Assembly (NCBI GenBank): GCA_002269645.1
Contig: NIVC01001247.1
Coordinates: 300,944 to 364,943, forward strand
Direction of reading: 5' to 3'
Length of the DNA stretch: 64,000 nucleotides
Origin: Macrostomum lignano
Lineage: Eukaryota
Below the pieces are notes generated by a model. The model did no database searches. It was not told the origin of the DNA and worked only from the letters and a program-made list of their open reading frames with translations. The position numbers were made by a program, and so were the translations under genes. This document shows, piece after piece, positions 34,518 through 47,641 of the stretch (position 1 is its first letter; the number at the start of each line of letters is the position of its first letter).

Positions 34518-35618
34518 TTGCCAACTAAATATTTACCATTGGAGATTCTTTCTGATTTATTAAAACACACTAAAAAGCCCCGTTCACACCGCCATCACAC
34601 AACCAATTTGTGCAGAAGGATGAAATTTGAATTGGTGTACAAGTGATCACACGAAATTTGGCCTTTTTGATGGCGGTGTGAATGAGCCTTACAACACAGT
34701 CCTTACAATCACATGTAATATATACAATGTTATATGTTACAAGTAGATGCCTGTTAAAATAAATATTAATAAATAAAAATCTAAAAACTATAACTATAAT
34801 CAGACTATAAAGGTCATGCAACAGTACTTTTTCAGACTATAGTTATTCAATTTGCGTCGAAGTGCCAGGTGATCGTATACTGTACTGTAAATCAGAGTTG
34901 GCTCAAACATTAGCTATTGCGCTAAGCACAAACAACTCAGTAAATTTACATGTTGTATATACTAAAAATGAGTACGCCTGGATCGATAAACAATTGCCAC
35001 AGAATCAGCAACAAAGAACAGCCTATTTTAGCCTTATTAACTTTAGTAGGAACTTGGGAGTATACATGTAGATAGCTAAAATAAACACCAAAAGAAACAA
35101 TTTCTTACATGTATGTAAAAAATGTTCGTGTAGTAGTTTAGTTACTTTAGTTACGTCTTTAGTTTAGACGCCGCACTAGTCAGCTGTTTCCCTCGCTCTC
35201 GCCCCAGGCTTCTGCGAGGGACTCCCCAGAGTCTGCCGCTGTGCAGTTGCCTGTCCCTTCTTGCCTGTCCTTTGGCCTGTCCCTTGCCCGTTTGTCTGTC
35301 TGTCTGTTTGTTTTCGCTTGCCCCTTTTGTCTCGTGTTCCCGTTTTGCAGTGCCCAGACAGCAATTGGTCTGGGCGTGCCTCGATCTGTTTCGTTCTCTG
35401 TTAGGCACCTCCAAATTTGGAGTGCCTTCCTGTTTTCCGGTCTCAAGGGCACGAGTGATTTCACTTGTGGGCCTTTTCCCCCTGTCATGTGAGCTAGTCA
35501 TATGATGGGCCCTCTTCCTTCTTTAGTCCAAAGTGCAATGATTTTATCATTGTACGCTGGGCTCGTGTTTATGGGGAATCACGTGCGCCAGGACCCAGCT
35601 GCCTCCTCTGAGGCAGAA

Positions 35619-35682
35619 CCACAGATACTAGAACAACTAGAACAGATACTAGAACTAGAACTAGTTGTTCTAGTATCTGTGG
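35619..35682. other. Perfect 22-bp inverted repeat with 20-nt loop
   Basis: CCACAGATACTAGAACAACTAG (35619-35640) and CTAGTTGTTCTAGTATCTGTGG (35661-35682). Confidence 0.95.
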
Positions 35683-38600
35683 CCTAGAGCGAGAAGCGAA
35701 GCAACGAGGGAGGGAAGGGCGAGAGCGGCCGCTGACTGCAGTATAAGCATATATTTAAACAGAATCTCGTGTTCTATTGTGTAAGAGCATCGTTCAAGAT
35801 CCGCAGGTTTTTCAACAGCTTACAAAGTGCTCGTCCGTTAGTAGTATACATATTGCCTTCCAAACTAATAAGGTATATATATGTCATTGTTTGTATTGTG
35901 TATTTATTAGTGTATACCAGGTTTAAAGCTGTAAAAATGACAAGACATCATTTGTATGCTGGGTTTGTGCGCCAATTCAAAAATGCAGATTCAATATATC
36001 TACTATGTCATGTACGATTGTACGTTGGGATATACCGTGATGTATACTGAAAAATAGTAAGACCATTGTTGTATGCCAGGAAATCCTAGCATGTTGCCTT
36101 CCAAACTATAGCATATAGGCCTATTAAGGTTAGGAAATTGCTTTATTCTAAAGCCAGTAAAGAAATTTAATATTTAAAAAAAATTAACAAAGATCAAGCA
36201 GACCTTACTTGAAGTACATTGTAAGTAAGATGTAGTAGCCTAGTAGGCCTAGCTTAATAGGCCTAGTTTGTTAGAATATTGGGCTTATAACCTAGACCAA
36301 ACTAAGGATTAGGGCTATATATACACAAGAAATGAGTATATAAATTAGAATGATCTAGCATTAGGCATATGATTGGACCGGCAATCTTCTCAAATTGTTC
36401 GTTTAGTTATTTCCAGAATTATTTCGTCCTCTATTCAAGGGTGGTGGGGGGGGGGGGGGTTGGGGGTTGGAATTAAACAAACATTTCGAGAAGATAGCCA
36501 TTGGACCTTAGTATAAAAATTAGTATATAGAGAAGCCTTGAATTGGTATTTCTTGGTAACAAAAATGGGCCTAATTATATTACAAAAATAGTTCTTATGT
36601 TGCAGGCCTTTTGTCTCTCTATAAGAATCCCACTAAATGCCACCAAAGTTGTTGTAGGGGTAACTTCTGTCCCTACAAATGATTTCACCGCTGTCACTAG
36701 AGTTGTTACAGGGTGCTTATTTATTCCTTTTTGCTAGCCTTACTTGCTGCCACCAAGCTGTTACAGGGGTTGTCCCTTCTTGTTAGTATTGCTGGTTCTT
36801 ACTTATCCTTTACTCGCGTAGCGCATGTACTTCTATTGGTAGCGTCTGTACTTCTATTGGTAGCGTATGTACTTTTATTGTACTTTCTGGCCTGAGCGGT
36901 CTAATAGCACTGTCTGTTCTACTCCTATGCTTCCCCTAATATTATTCTCTCAGTCCTGGGCGTTCCCGGGATCAGAGGGTCACAGCTCTAAGCGAAATCT
37001 CTGCCCTGAGGCGATCTTTCCCTCGCTCTGAGGCGGTTCTCCTGCCCTGAGGCGAATTTACTATTACTGCCCTGAGGCGGTTTCTCGCTTTGTAGCGGTC
37101 CTTTAGTAATACTCCCAATTTGGGGCTTTATACTGTCGCAATGAATAAGTCGAACAAGAATGCTTTAGAATATTTATCGAGTGAACTGATTGTCACTGTC
37201 TTGCCTGAGAATGCAGGAAGAGGTTAACCTCGTGGCCCATTCTGAGCTCCTATTTATACAGTCTGGCTTATGTATTTAAAACAAAATTGGTTTCGTACAA
37301 TATTAATTGCATTCACAACATTAAAACAAAAATATTAGCATTTTGCGGGAATTCAAATAATGGTCTTTCTAAGAAACACGAGTAAGTTTTAAAGCATTTA
37401 TACTGTATTTTAAAAGGCCCTTCCTCACTTATTAATTAATAATAGATTTATAATAGATTAATAAAAAAGTTTTTATTAATCTATTTTTGCATATATTTAA
37501 GCCCTAATGTTTGCATTGCAAGTTTAAAATTTAGGTTGTTGTTTTTGTTTTTGTCTTGCTATATTCTTGTATGCAATATAAGTCTATTGGCATACATAAT
37601 TATTAGCTTTGCAGATTTCTTTCCAACATATATTATTATACAATCCTAGGCCTAAACTTGAAAGTTAGGAAATTCAATTTGGGATCCTATCCCACTAAAA
37701 CAGTAGTGTCTTTGAGCATGATGCTTAACTCTATATTGCTTCAGTTCACTTAGCTATAAAGTATTAGTATTAGCTAGGCCTAGGATAATTAAAAGTGTAT
37801 AGCAACTCCTAGCCTTAGTCCTTGACTAAATAACTATATACAGCCTTCAGATTTGCCATATAATAGCTATAGCTAAGCTGTCAGCTGCATATCTGGCTCA
37901 ATTAGGGCGAGTATAATTGATTGTTATCATCATTATTATTAGTAGGCCTAAAACTAATAGTTAAAAAATTAATTAATAACTAAATTATCAATATAATGGG
38001 TAATATATTGCTTATATACATATATATTCATTTGTGCACATAGGTCATTAGCTTATGTGCATGCAGATGCACATTATGCTGATATGCATATGTATCTATT
38101 CTTTAGATATGCATGTGCCTATGCATATGTAAATCTGCCCAAGTTTGCACCTATTACATTTTCTTAGGTATGCTAGATACAAAAATGAAGACTTATTCTA
38201 ATAGGGATGACAGACAGTTTACCTTTGATGAAAAATGTAAGATTTGGATAAGTTGGTCATTTTTGTGGTAGGAGGCACTTTATAATATTTGTACTTTATA
38301 GTTATTTTAAGATTTATAATTCATATACTTAAAAAATTCTATCAAAAGAATTATATATTCAAAATGCCTTCCAAATAAGCATGGAAAAATGTTCAAAAAA
38401 TTGGCCAATTTAACTAATACAAAAGATCACAACTCTGTAATAATAAATAAGTAAAATTAAATAAAATGACACTTAATACCATTTTAGTAAGTCTCTGCAA
38501 TTTTAGGTTTCATATCATTTACTTAAGATTAGCAAGATAATTTTTAGTTGAAGCCACAATGGCTATTATCAAAAGGTAATATTTTTGTCATCAGAGTGAT

Positions 38601-39204
38601 TTTTGCTTCTTTTAAAAACATGTTACCAAAAATTGTTGCCAAAATGACTATAATTATTGTATGCCACGGCCACGGCTTATTAGGAGAGTTGTTAAGATAT
38701 CAAAGCTTAGGGAGAATTGCTAAGATTTTAAGGTATATATGATTCATATAAATAATTTTTTGGCCAGATGGTTCTCAAGTCAAGAAAATCAACAACAAAC
38801 AGACAACAGCACAAAATTAGTATATAGATTGGCTGTGCTATTTAGTTTTAAAATAAAAATGACTTAGTTTATCAATAGTTTACATAGGCCTAACTATTTT
38901 GGTTTTTCCTTTTTTTATTGCTTATTGTTATGTTTTCTTTTATCAATTTATCTTTTTTCTATTTCTTTCTATTTGCTCTTTTCTTTTTATTTCCTAAAAT
39001 AGGTCAACTTTGTGTTGCATACTTATATAAAAAATGTACAAAAATATTTCATATGCTTAAGAATAACTTAATTAGAGATTGATTATAACAATAACAATAG
39101 CAAGTACAACTACGCATATGATAAAATAAAAAACTATATATATATTGTTTTTGTAATATTTTATGCAATGATTAGTAGTCATTAGAAGTCATAAAATCTA
39201 TTTA

Positions 39205-39800
39205 TCTCTACATATAAAAATCAAAACTCTATGTGTGTATGTGTCTGTCTATTTGTGGATAATTTTATTTGCTATGGACTCCCAAACTGCTCAACCAAAT
39301 TACACTAAATTATGCACCCACCCTAAACTCACTACGGAGAATGTCTTAGGCTACTTTAAAATTTCCTAAACTCAAGTCTTCCTATCTAAAAGTGCAAAAA
39401 ACTGCTCAAAATGCGCAATTTTTTCACTAAATTCTCCATAGCACCACCCCACTTCTATCGATTCTCTTCAAATTTGACACGACAATCTTCAAATATTTTG
39501 ACACAATCATGTAAAATTTTGAGTCTCAAAGTTAATCCTGAACAGCACTGTGCACTTTACAGCGCTGTAGGCTGTTTTTGTCAATGAGACAGCCACCCCA
39601 ACCTCCACTCGCCTGCCTCTCTTTCCCGATCTGGGCCCAGATGTGTAAAATGGGTTTTAAAATTGACCAACTTTCAGCTTCCATAAGTTTGGTCCACATA
39701 AAGCAACTGACTTAAAACTTGACACAATTTTTCATTGACTGTCTCTGTCTTAATGTTAAGTTTCAACTCTGTAACTCAATCAGAACAGAAACTGTAAGCA
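39205..39800 (+). mobile_element. Possible non-autonomous Helitron-like element fragment
   Basis: Starts TCTCTACATATAAAAATC followed by a TGTGTG/TGTC tract and repeated AAA(T/C)TTGACAC motifs, a layout seen in invertebrate non-autonomous rolling-circle elements. No 3' hairpin/CTRR end confirmed. Confidence 0.3.
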
Positions 39801-40359
39801 TGTGAAGTTTGTCTGCTTTTTGTTGTTTGTGCCACTCACTCACTCATTCCCTCGAATCCCCCTAGCCCAGACCAAGGGTCAGGCGATAGGGCTCAGTGTA
39901 CATAGCAAATGTACAGTGTTTTGGAATAAATTTTTAAAGCCTTCTCTGCACCCCGCGAGTGAAGAGGCTACGTTTAGCAGTCATGCAGTTTATCAGTGGA
40001 TGGCAAATCAAGGCAATCCAATCCAGCATGGTTTGTAAAAGTGAAAGATTTATGAAAAAGCGATTTATGAAATTTATGAAATCCTACTAAATTAGCCACA
40101 CCATGGAAAATTTAAGTTTCTCCTAAAGGTACTTTAAAAATTAAATGGCCTAAGAAATGCATATTTCCTTGGTTGTTAGACTGATGACTGCAGTGGGGCT
40201 GAAGATACACAAATTCCTTTCAGGATTGCGAATTGGCCAGAAAGATGGCATGATCAGAGCATGAGAACAATCATGAGAGTACTACGTCCTACAAACTGGC
40301 TTTCCAAGCAGGGATGGGCAGACTTTTTACCTCCAGACCTCAAAGTATCCAGCTCATGG

Positions 40360-41136
40360 TTGAGGGGCAGATGAGAGTGAAAAGAAGAGGAATAGAATAG
40401 ACGATTAGAAAAGAAATGAGAGGCGAGAAAAGGATAAGAGAAAAGATAGAATATAATAGGAGAGACAAGGGGTGAGGACGATGAGAGAGGGGTGGGAAGA
40501 AGTGGGAGGAGAAAAGTGAGAAAAAGGGGGAGAGAAGAAGGGAGGGAGAAAGAAAAGAGGGGCGAGAGGAGAAAGTAGAGGTGATAAGAGGGAGAGCGAA
40601 GAGGGGAGAGAGGAAAGAAGTCAAAGGAGAGATGAGAGGGGAAGAAAGAAGAGATAAGGTTGTAGAGATGAGAGAGGTGTAAGGAGAGATGATAAATGAA
40701 AGATGAGAACTGAATGAGGAGAGAGGAGGGTGGAGAGAGAAGAAAGGAGACACGAGAGGGAGGGAATATAGAAGAGGGAAGAGAAGAGAAGAAAGGAGAA
40801 AGGAAAGAGAGGAGTCAAAAGAGGGGGAAAAGACAAAAGAGTACAGAGGAGAGGTGAGAGAACATATAAGAGAGTAAAGATGACAGATGAGAGAGGGGAG
40901 ATAAGAGAGCAGAGACAAGAGTGAACAGACGAGAGATGGGAGAGTAGAGAGAACAGAGGAGAGATAAGAGAGAAGAGATGAGACAGGAGAGGTGAGACAA
41001 AATGAGATACGAGAAGTGAGTAGAAGCGAGGGAGGAGAGAGGAGAGGAGGGGAGAGAATCGAGAGAACAGGGGAGAGAAAGGAGAGACGAGAGAAAAGGA
41101 ATAATGGAGAGAGTCGAAAGGAGAAGAGAGATCAGA

Positions 41137-41218
<82 letters not shown>

Positions 41219-41640
41219 AGAGAAAAAAAAGGGGAGAGAGGAGGGAGGAGAGTAGAGACGAAAGAGTAGTGGAGAGAGAGATAAGAGAGTAAAGAAGAGA
41301 AAGTAGAGAGAATAGAGAAGAGAGGAGAGATGATAAATAGAAGAGTGCAAATTAGAGATAAGAGAGAAGAGATGAGACGAAATAGGTAAAAAATATATTG
41401 GAGAGAGGATCGAGATTAGAGGAGAAATTAGAGAGATGATTGAAGAAAGGAGAGAGGAGAGATGAGGGAAGTGTTGAGAGAGCGGAGAGTGAGGAGTGAG
41501 AAGAGGGGAGAGAGAGAAAAGAGAGCAGAGAGAAATGAGAAGAGATAAAAGAGAAGAAAGGAGAGATGAGAGAGCAGAGACGAGAGAAAAGAGAGGAGAG
41601 GCAAGGGACGAGAGAGAAGAGGGAACAGAAAAGAAGACAA
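40360..41640. repeat. 1.3-kb polypurine low-complexity tract including (GA)n at 41140-41196
   Basis: Almost only G and A on the + strand. Confidence 0.95.
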
Positions 41641-41933
41641 AAGTTGCAATGGATCCAAGGGACGTAGGGAGAGTCAGAGACAGAGGCCAGAGTTTGCCAA
41701 TGCCTGACATTCTGAGCAGTACCCCAGCCCACAATATCAAATGTTTGCCTCAAATCCTAATTTTACACGAGTATGGCCTCAGATTCCAGAATACATGCAA
41801 AAATCTTGAGCCTTTTCAAATATCAGGAATTAAAAAAAGAACTTGAGTTTGGTTATAAAATTTGCAGGTGCCTTTACACCTTTGTTTGCATTCTGTTTTG
41901 GCTGGAAATGATTCTTAGATTTGGAATTTTCAG

Positions 41934-44396
41934 GAGCATCAGCCGGAGGATGTCCTGTTTTTGCCTGCTCACGAGCTGCCATCTCAGCAGCAGTCGTCGC
42001 ACCAGCCATACCGGCTATGGCGCAGTTCCAGCAATAGCGGCGACTGCGATATTGACGATGACAGCTTATTGATCATCGGGTCTCGGGTTGGATCGCGGGT
42101 GCCTCCATTGCTAGGCTGGATGCAGCTGTGTTTGGCTCTGGTTGGCTTCAGCTTCTGGTCTGCCAGCGTTGCCATTCGGGCTAATAGTTTTAACCAACTG
42201 AATCGGATTAGTGAGGCTAATACGACTGTAGTTAACGTTAATTGGTCAGCGTTTGATGTGTCAGGCGCCTTTGGCTTCCCATTGTGGTGCGCAATTTTGG
42301 TAGGTTGAATAAGACCCGCTTATTCGGATTGTCTTGAGTTACTTGGAGTAAGCCGCTCACAAATTCAACTTCTCTTGGGATTCCACATTCATTGGGGGCT
42401 TGAGCACCAAAATTGGTCCCGGAAGTGACTCTAGAAAACAACTCAATTTAGTCCACTTGAGTTAGCAGAAGCGAGTAAGCGCTAACACAACCACTCTATG
42501 ACGGCTATTTCTCGACTTACGATCCAGCAACTCGCAAGTCGCTAGAGTCGCCCCAAAGTCGCTAGAGTCACCTAATAACTTTTTAGCGATCTGTTTCTCT
42601 TTTACTTCTTCAGATGTTACTATTAAGTATTTTGGCTTTGAGCTATGCGCGAACCTCGAGAACCATTGCTGTGAGTTTTTTCTTATATAAATTTTCTAAC
42701 AAAGACAGCTAGGCATCTGTTGTTAGTGGAATTAAAACAAAGTACGCAATGTCCCCGAATTCGCCCCCCCATCAGCTGCGCATGTACCGCTGCCACTGCC
42801 TGCTGTGTCTGCTGCTGCACTCAGTCGCTCTGCCGCCGCTGGCGGTGTCATGGACTCAGCCGCAACCAAGGCAGCTGCTTACCGCTCTGCAAGCGCTCAG
42901 TGGCCTGACTGTGCTACTGTGCTGGGGCCTGCTATTGGCCTGCGTCCTCTGTGACCATTGCGTTGGTAAGAACGTTTTTCAAGTGGCCGGTTTGTTCCTG
43001 CGAGCCCTGCGCAACCGCGGCGGTGTTGGCTCAATCAGCGAACTGGACGAGTCGGCTAGCTATAACTCACTCACTGTAAGCATTTTTCGGATGTCCTATT
43101 CTGCTCAAATACCCCCCACTTACTGCTATCCCATTCTCAAATATCCCCCATCTACCGATATCCCATTCTCAAATATCCCCATTTACCAATATCTCATTCT
43201 CATCAAATATCCCCCATTTACCGATATCCCATTCTCAAATACCCCCACTTACTGATATCCCATTCTCAAATATCCCCCATTTACTGATATCCCATTCTCA
43301 AATATCCCCATTTACCGATATCCCATTCTCAAATATCCCCATTTACCGATATCTCATTCTCAAATATCCCCCATTTACCGATATCCCATTCTCAAATACC
43401 CCCACTTACTGATATCCCATTCTCAAATATCCCCCATTTACTGATATCCCATTCTCAAATGTCCCCATTTACCGATATCTCATTCTCAAACATCCCCCAT
43501 TTACTGATATCCCATTCTCAAATATCCCCATTTACCGATATCCCATTCTCAAATATCCCCATTTACCGATATCCCATTCTCAAATACCCCCACTTACTGA
43601 TATCCCATTCTCAAATATCCCCATTTACCGATATCACATTCTCAAATATCCCCCACTTACTGATATCCCTTTCTCAAATATCCCCATTTACCAATATCTC
43701 ATTGTCATCAAATATCCCCACTTACTGATATCCCATTCTCAAATATCCCCATTTTCCGATATCCCATTCTCAAATATCCCCATTTACCGATATCACATTC
43801 TCAAATATCCTCATTTACCGATATCCCATTCTCAAATATCCTCATTTACCGATATCCCATTCTCAAATATCCTCATTTACCGATATCCCATTCTCAAATA
43901 TCCTCATTTACCGATATCCCATTCTCAAATATCCTCATTTACCGATATCCCATTCTCAAATATCCTCATTTACCGATATCCCATTCTCAAATATCCTCAT
44001 TTACCGATATCCCATTCTCAAATATCCTCATTTACCGATATCCCGTTCTCAATTATCCCTATTTACCGGTATCTCATGTATCCCATTCTCCTCAAATATT
44101 GCCATTTACAGATATCTCATTCTTAAATATCCCTATTTAGTGATATCCCGTTCTCATCGAATATCCCCATTAACGAGCCATTTGATAATAACTTTGAATG
44201 TCAGCTCGGCCCGACTGGCAGATCCGTCAGCTCAAACGAGGCATCTCAGCAGCAGCAGCAGCAGCGATTTTCTCAGCTTCCTTCATCTCCGGCTGACCAA
44301 TCTGGCGATGACTCAGTCAGCAGAGAAGATTTCGAGGTGGGCGATCAGTTTAGAGAACAAAGGAAAAGTCTGCTCACCCGTCAGCTGCTGGTGTGA
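41934..44396 (+). CDS. Four-TM membrane protein, MS4A/CD20-like (start exon not found)
   Basis: Exons 41934-42299, 42614-42670, 42776-43075 and 44205-44396, all phase 0 with GT-AG. TM1 LLGWMQLCLALVGFSFW, TM2 FGFPLWCAILMLLLSILAL, TM3 CLLCLLLHSVAL, TM4 LSGLTVLLCWGLLLACVLC. The LGxxQ and GxPxW patterns are CD20-like. Confidence 0.6.
43125..44060. repeat. 23-24-bp intronic minisatellite
   Basis: Tandem ATTTACCGATATCCCATTCTCAAATATCCCC-like units. Confidence 0.95.
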
Positions 44397-44709
44397 TTGA
44401 TTGCTAGAAATGTCACTGGATTAGTTTGCAGTTTGCTTGGCAACTCTGTTGTTTTTACATTAATGTCTTATTATTAATGTCTTTCGTATCTTTATTGTTA
44501 TTTGTTTATATCAAGTTATTGTGCAATTCACTCGCATTACGCCAGCTCGTTTGTTATCAGTTTTTATCTGTTAAGAATAGTTTTCTTAATGTGACATAAA
44601 ATTTTCTTTGTCTAATAAATTAATTTTTATTGGCTTATTAGAGTCGCCTTTCTGCAGCTGCTGGCCTGGCTTCAATTTTCTGTCCGCCTTCTGATCTAAT
44701 CTGAGATTT

Positions 44710-45615
44710 GATCCGCCCTCCTTTAATCCACCATCTGATCTGCTCCCTTTAATCCACCATCTGATCCGCCCCCTTTAATCCACCATCTGATCCGCCCCCC
44801 TTTAATCCACCATCTGATCCGCCCCCTTTAATCCACCACCTGATCCGCCCCCCTTTAATCCACCATCTTATCCGCCCCCCCCCTTAATCCACCATCTGAT
44901 CCGCCCCCTTTAATCCACCATCTGATCCGCCCCCCTTTAATCCACCATCTGATCCGCCCCCTTTAATCCACCACCTGATCCGCCCCCTTTAATCCACCAC
45001 CTGATCCGCCCCCCTTTAATCCACCATCTTATCCGCCCCCCTTAATCCACCATCTGATCCGCCCCCTTTAATCCACCATCTGATCCGCCCCCCTTTAATC
45101 CACCATCTGATCCGCCCCTTTAATCCACCAATCACCATCTAATCCGCCCCCCTTTAATCCACCATCTGATCTGCCCCCCTTTAATCCACCATCTTATCCG
45201 CCCCCCTTTAATCCACCATCTGATCCGCCCCCCTTTAATCCACCATCTTATCCGCCCCCCTTTAATCCACCATGTGATCCGCCCCCTTTAATCCACCATC
45301 TGATCCGCCCCCTTTAATCCACCACCTGATCCGCCCCCTTTAATCCACCATCTTATCCGTCCCCCTTCAATCCACCATCTGATCCGCCCCCTTTAATCCA
45401 TCATCTGATCCGCCCCCTTTAATTCACCATCTGATCCGCCCCCCTTTAATCCACCATCTGATCTGCCCCCCTTTAATCCACCATCTGATCTGCCCCCCTT
45501 TAATCCATCATCTGATCCGCCCCTCCTTTAATCCACCATCTGATCCGCCCCTCCTTTAATCCACCATCTGATCCGCCCCTCCTTTAATCCACCATCTGAT
45601 CCACCCGCCCCATTA
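44710..45615. repeat. ~22-bp minisatellite
   Basis: Tandem TTAATCCACCATCTGATCCGCCCCC. Confidence 0.95.
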
Positions 45616-46123
45616 ATCCCCCATCATATTTGCCTCCAAATCCACTATGCCCTAGAAACTTATGTCTAATATACAGATCAGATTATATTAGACTTATTTA
45701 TTTACACTTAATAGTTCATGTCCTTGTCTTCAACCTACCTTAATCTCGGTGTTAGTTTATTTATTTAATTTTTTCAGTCGCTGTCAGCCTGCTTTTAATC
45801 TCATCCTTGTAATAATAATAAATATAGTTTTGCAGTTTTTGACACTTTATAATTTTCATTAAATAAGAATTAGGCGAAAAATTTTCAACATATTGTTGTA
45901 TTGCCTCTTTTTGTATGTACTTTTTATTGATAGCTGATTTTCGCCTGTCTTTATTAAGTACTTCCTTTGGTGTCACAGAAACCAGAATAAACTGGATATG
46001 GTCACTCGCAATTTAATCTGGTAAAAATTTGAGCGTCTACTCTTTTTCAGTAGTCTATCTGCGCAGAAATTCAATGTGTCAGCTAGAAATCTTTCCTTTC
46101 GGATTTGTGGTCTCAGGCTTTGG

Positions 46124-46390
46124 CAGGCCCAATCTAGCTCAGCCAATGAGAGAGCAGTAAGGAGAGAGGAGAAGTCAAGACGGACGAAACTCAGTCTAGG
46201 GGGCAGGCCCAATCTGGCTCAGCCAATGAGAGCAGTTAGGAGAGAGAGGAAAGTCAAGACGAACGAAACTCAGCCTAGGGGGGCAGGCCCAATCTAGCTC
46301 AGCCAATGAGAGAGCAGTAAGGAGAGAGGGGAAGTCAAGACGGACGAAACTCAGTCTAGGGGCTGGCCCAATCTAGCTCAGCCAATAAGA
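46124..46390. repeat. ~80-bp tandem repeat, about 3.3 copies, two CCAAT motifs per unit
   Basis: GGCCCAATCT(A/G)GCTCAGCCAAT recurs near 46126, 46206, 46286 and 46364. Confidence 0.9.
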
Positions 46391-47641
46391 TAGCTGTAAG
46401 AAAAGAGGTCAATGTCAGACACGCTTGCAAGAGAAAATCCCAATTATTTATCGGTCTGGCTGGTGTCTCAAGCGCCACCCCCTTTTTCTTGATAGCTAGG
46501 CCCAATCTTCAGTCCTTAATTGATTTCTGATTAAATAATTTCGAGCCTAATGCAGCCTAGAGTGGGTAAAGCAAGATGAATGACGCTAATTTAATGCGTC
46601 TGCTTGTAGAAAGCCATAGTAGATTGTTGCTATTGAAACAAAGACTAGATTAGCGCATTTTTTGAGTGACATTTAGGTATTCTAGCATCTGTGGTTGGTG
46701 CAATAATTAATCTTTATTCTATGATATGCTTTATTGAGCTTTGCTTTTTTATTAAGTAGTACTTCAAGTTGTTAAAACTGCTGCTCATCATGTGCTGCTT
46801 TTTTGCTTTGCGGTGTCTGCATATTGTTATTATCATTTGTTTTGCACTATATACAGTTTATTATTAGCAATGTATTCACATGGCCTGTCTTATTAAATTC
46901 AAACTTCTAATAGCCATCAATATTAATTTATTGTGAGTATTGAAACTCAAAAAATTAAATAGCAGTCTTACCAGTTACTTCAATGTTTTGATACAGATTT
47001 CCTCAAGGAAGCATTGCGTTCTCAAATAGGGCAGTGCGCATTAAAAGCAGAGATTTACAATAACAAATATAGCTACACGAGTTACATTCAGTGCAAGTTA
47101 CTTCAAATTCTAAATGAAGCAAGCGTGTCAAGCACAATTGTTAGCCGTGGCATGACGCGAATCCTAGTTCTCGAACTTTTGATTCCTTTGAATTGATTAA
47201 TCATTTTACAATATATTTTGCATTTGTCGCTCATTAAAAGACGGACAAATTGCCTTGACTGCCTGTGTCTAAAGGGAACAGAACTACGCCTTACATGTAC
47301 TTAAGCCTGGGCTCGGCAAAATGTTTACTTCAAGGGCCAAATAAATAATCCAGCTAATGGCTACGGGCCAGGTGAGAGAGAAATATGATAAGTGGAGAGA
47401 AGGAAGAAAGAAGGAAAGAGAGGAAGGAAGAGAAAAGAAGGGAGTCAATCAGGGGCCACTCACTCAGTCACTCTCAGCTTACAACAGGTTACTTTGTCTA
47501 TTTTTAATATTCTGTGGGTAGGTACAGACCAGACACAAATTTCTTTCAGTGACGCTTAAATTCCTTTGGACCATTGGACAGAGCCCAATATTTTTTTAAT
47601 TTGGTACTAAATAAAACTGGAAATTGAAAAGTCGATCTGCT

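Noticed and set aside
40340-41846. Leu/Ser-rich and Arg/Glu-rich ORFs
   Set aside because: Translations of the polypurine tract.
45761-46212. Two adjacent minus-strand ORFs as a retroelement remnant
   Set aside because: No RT, endonuclease or zinc-knuckle motif recognised.
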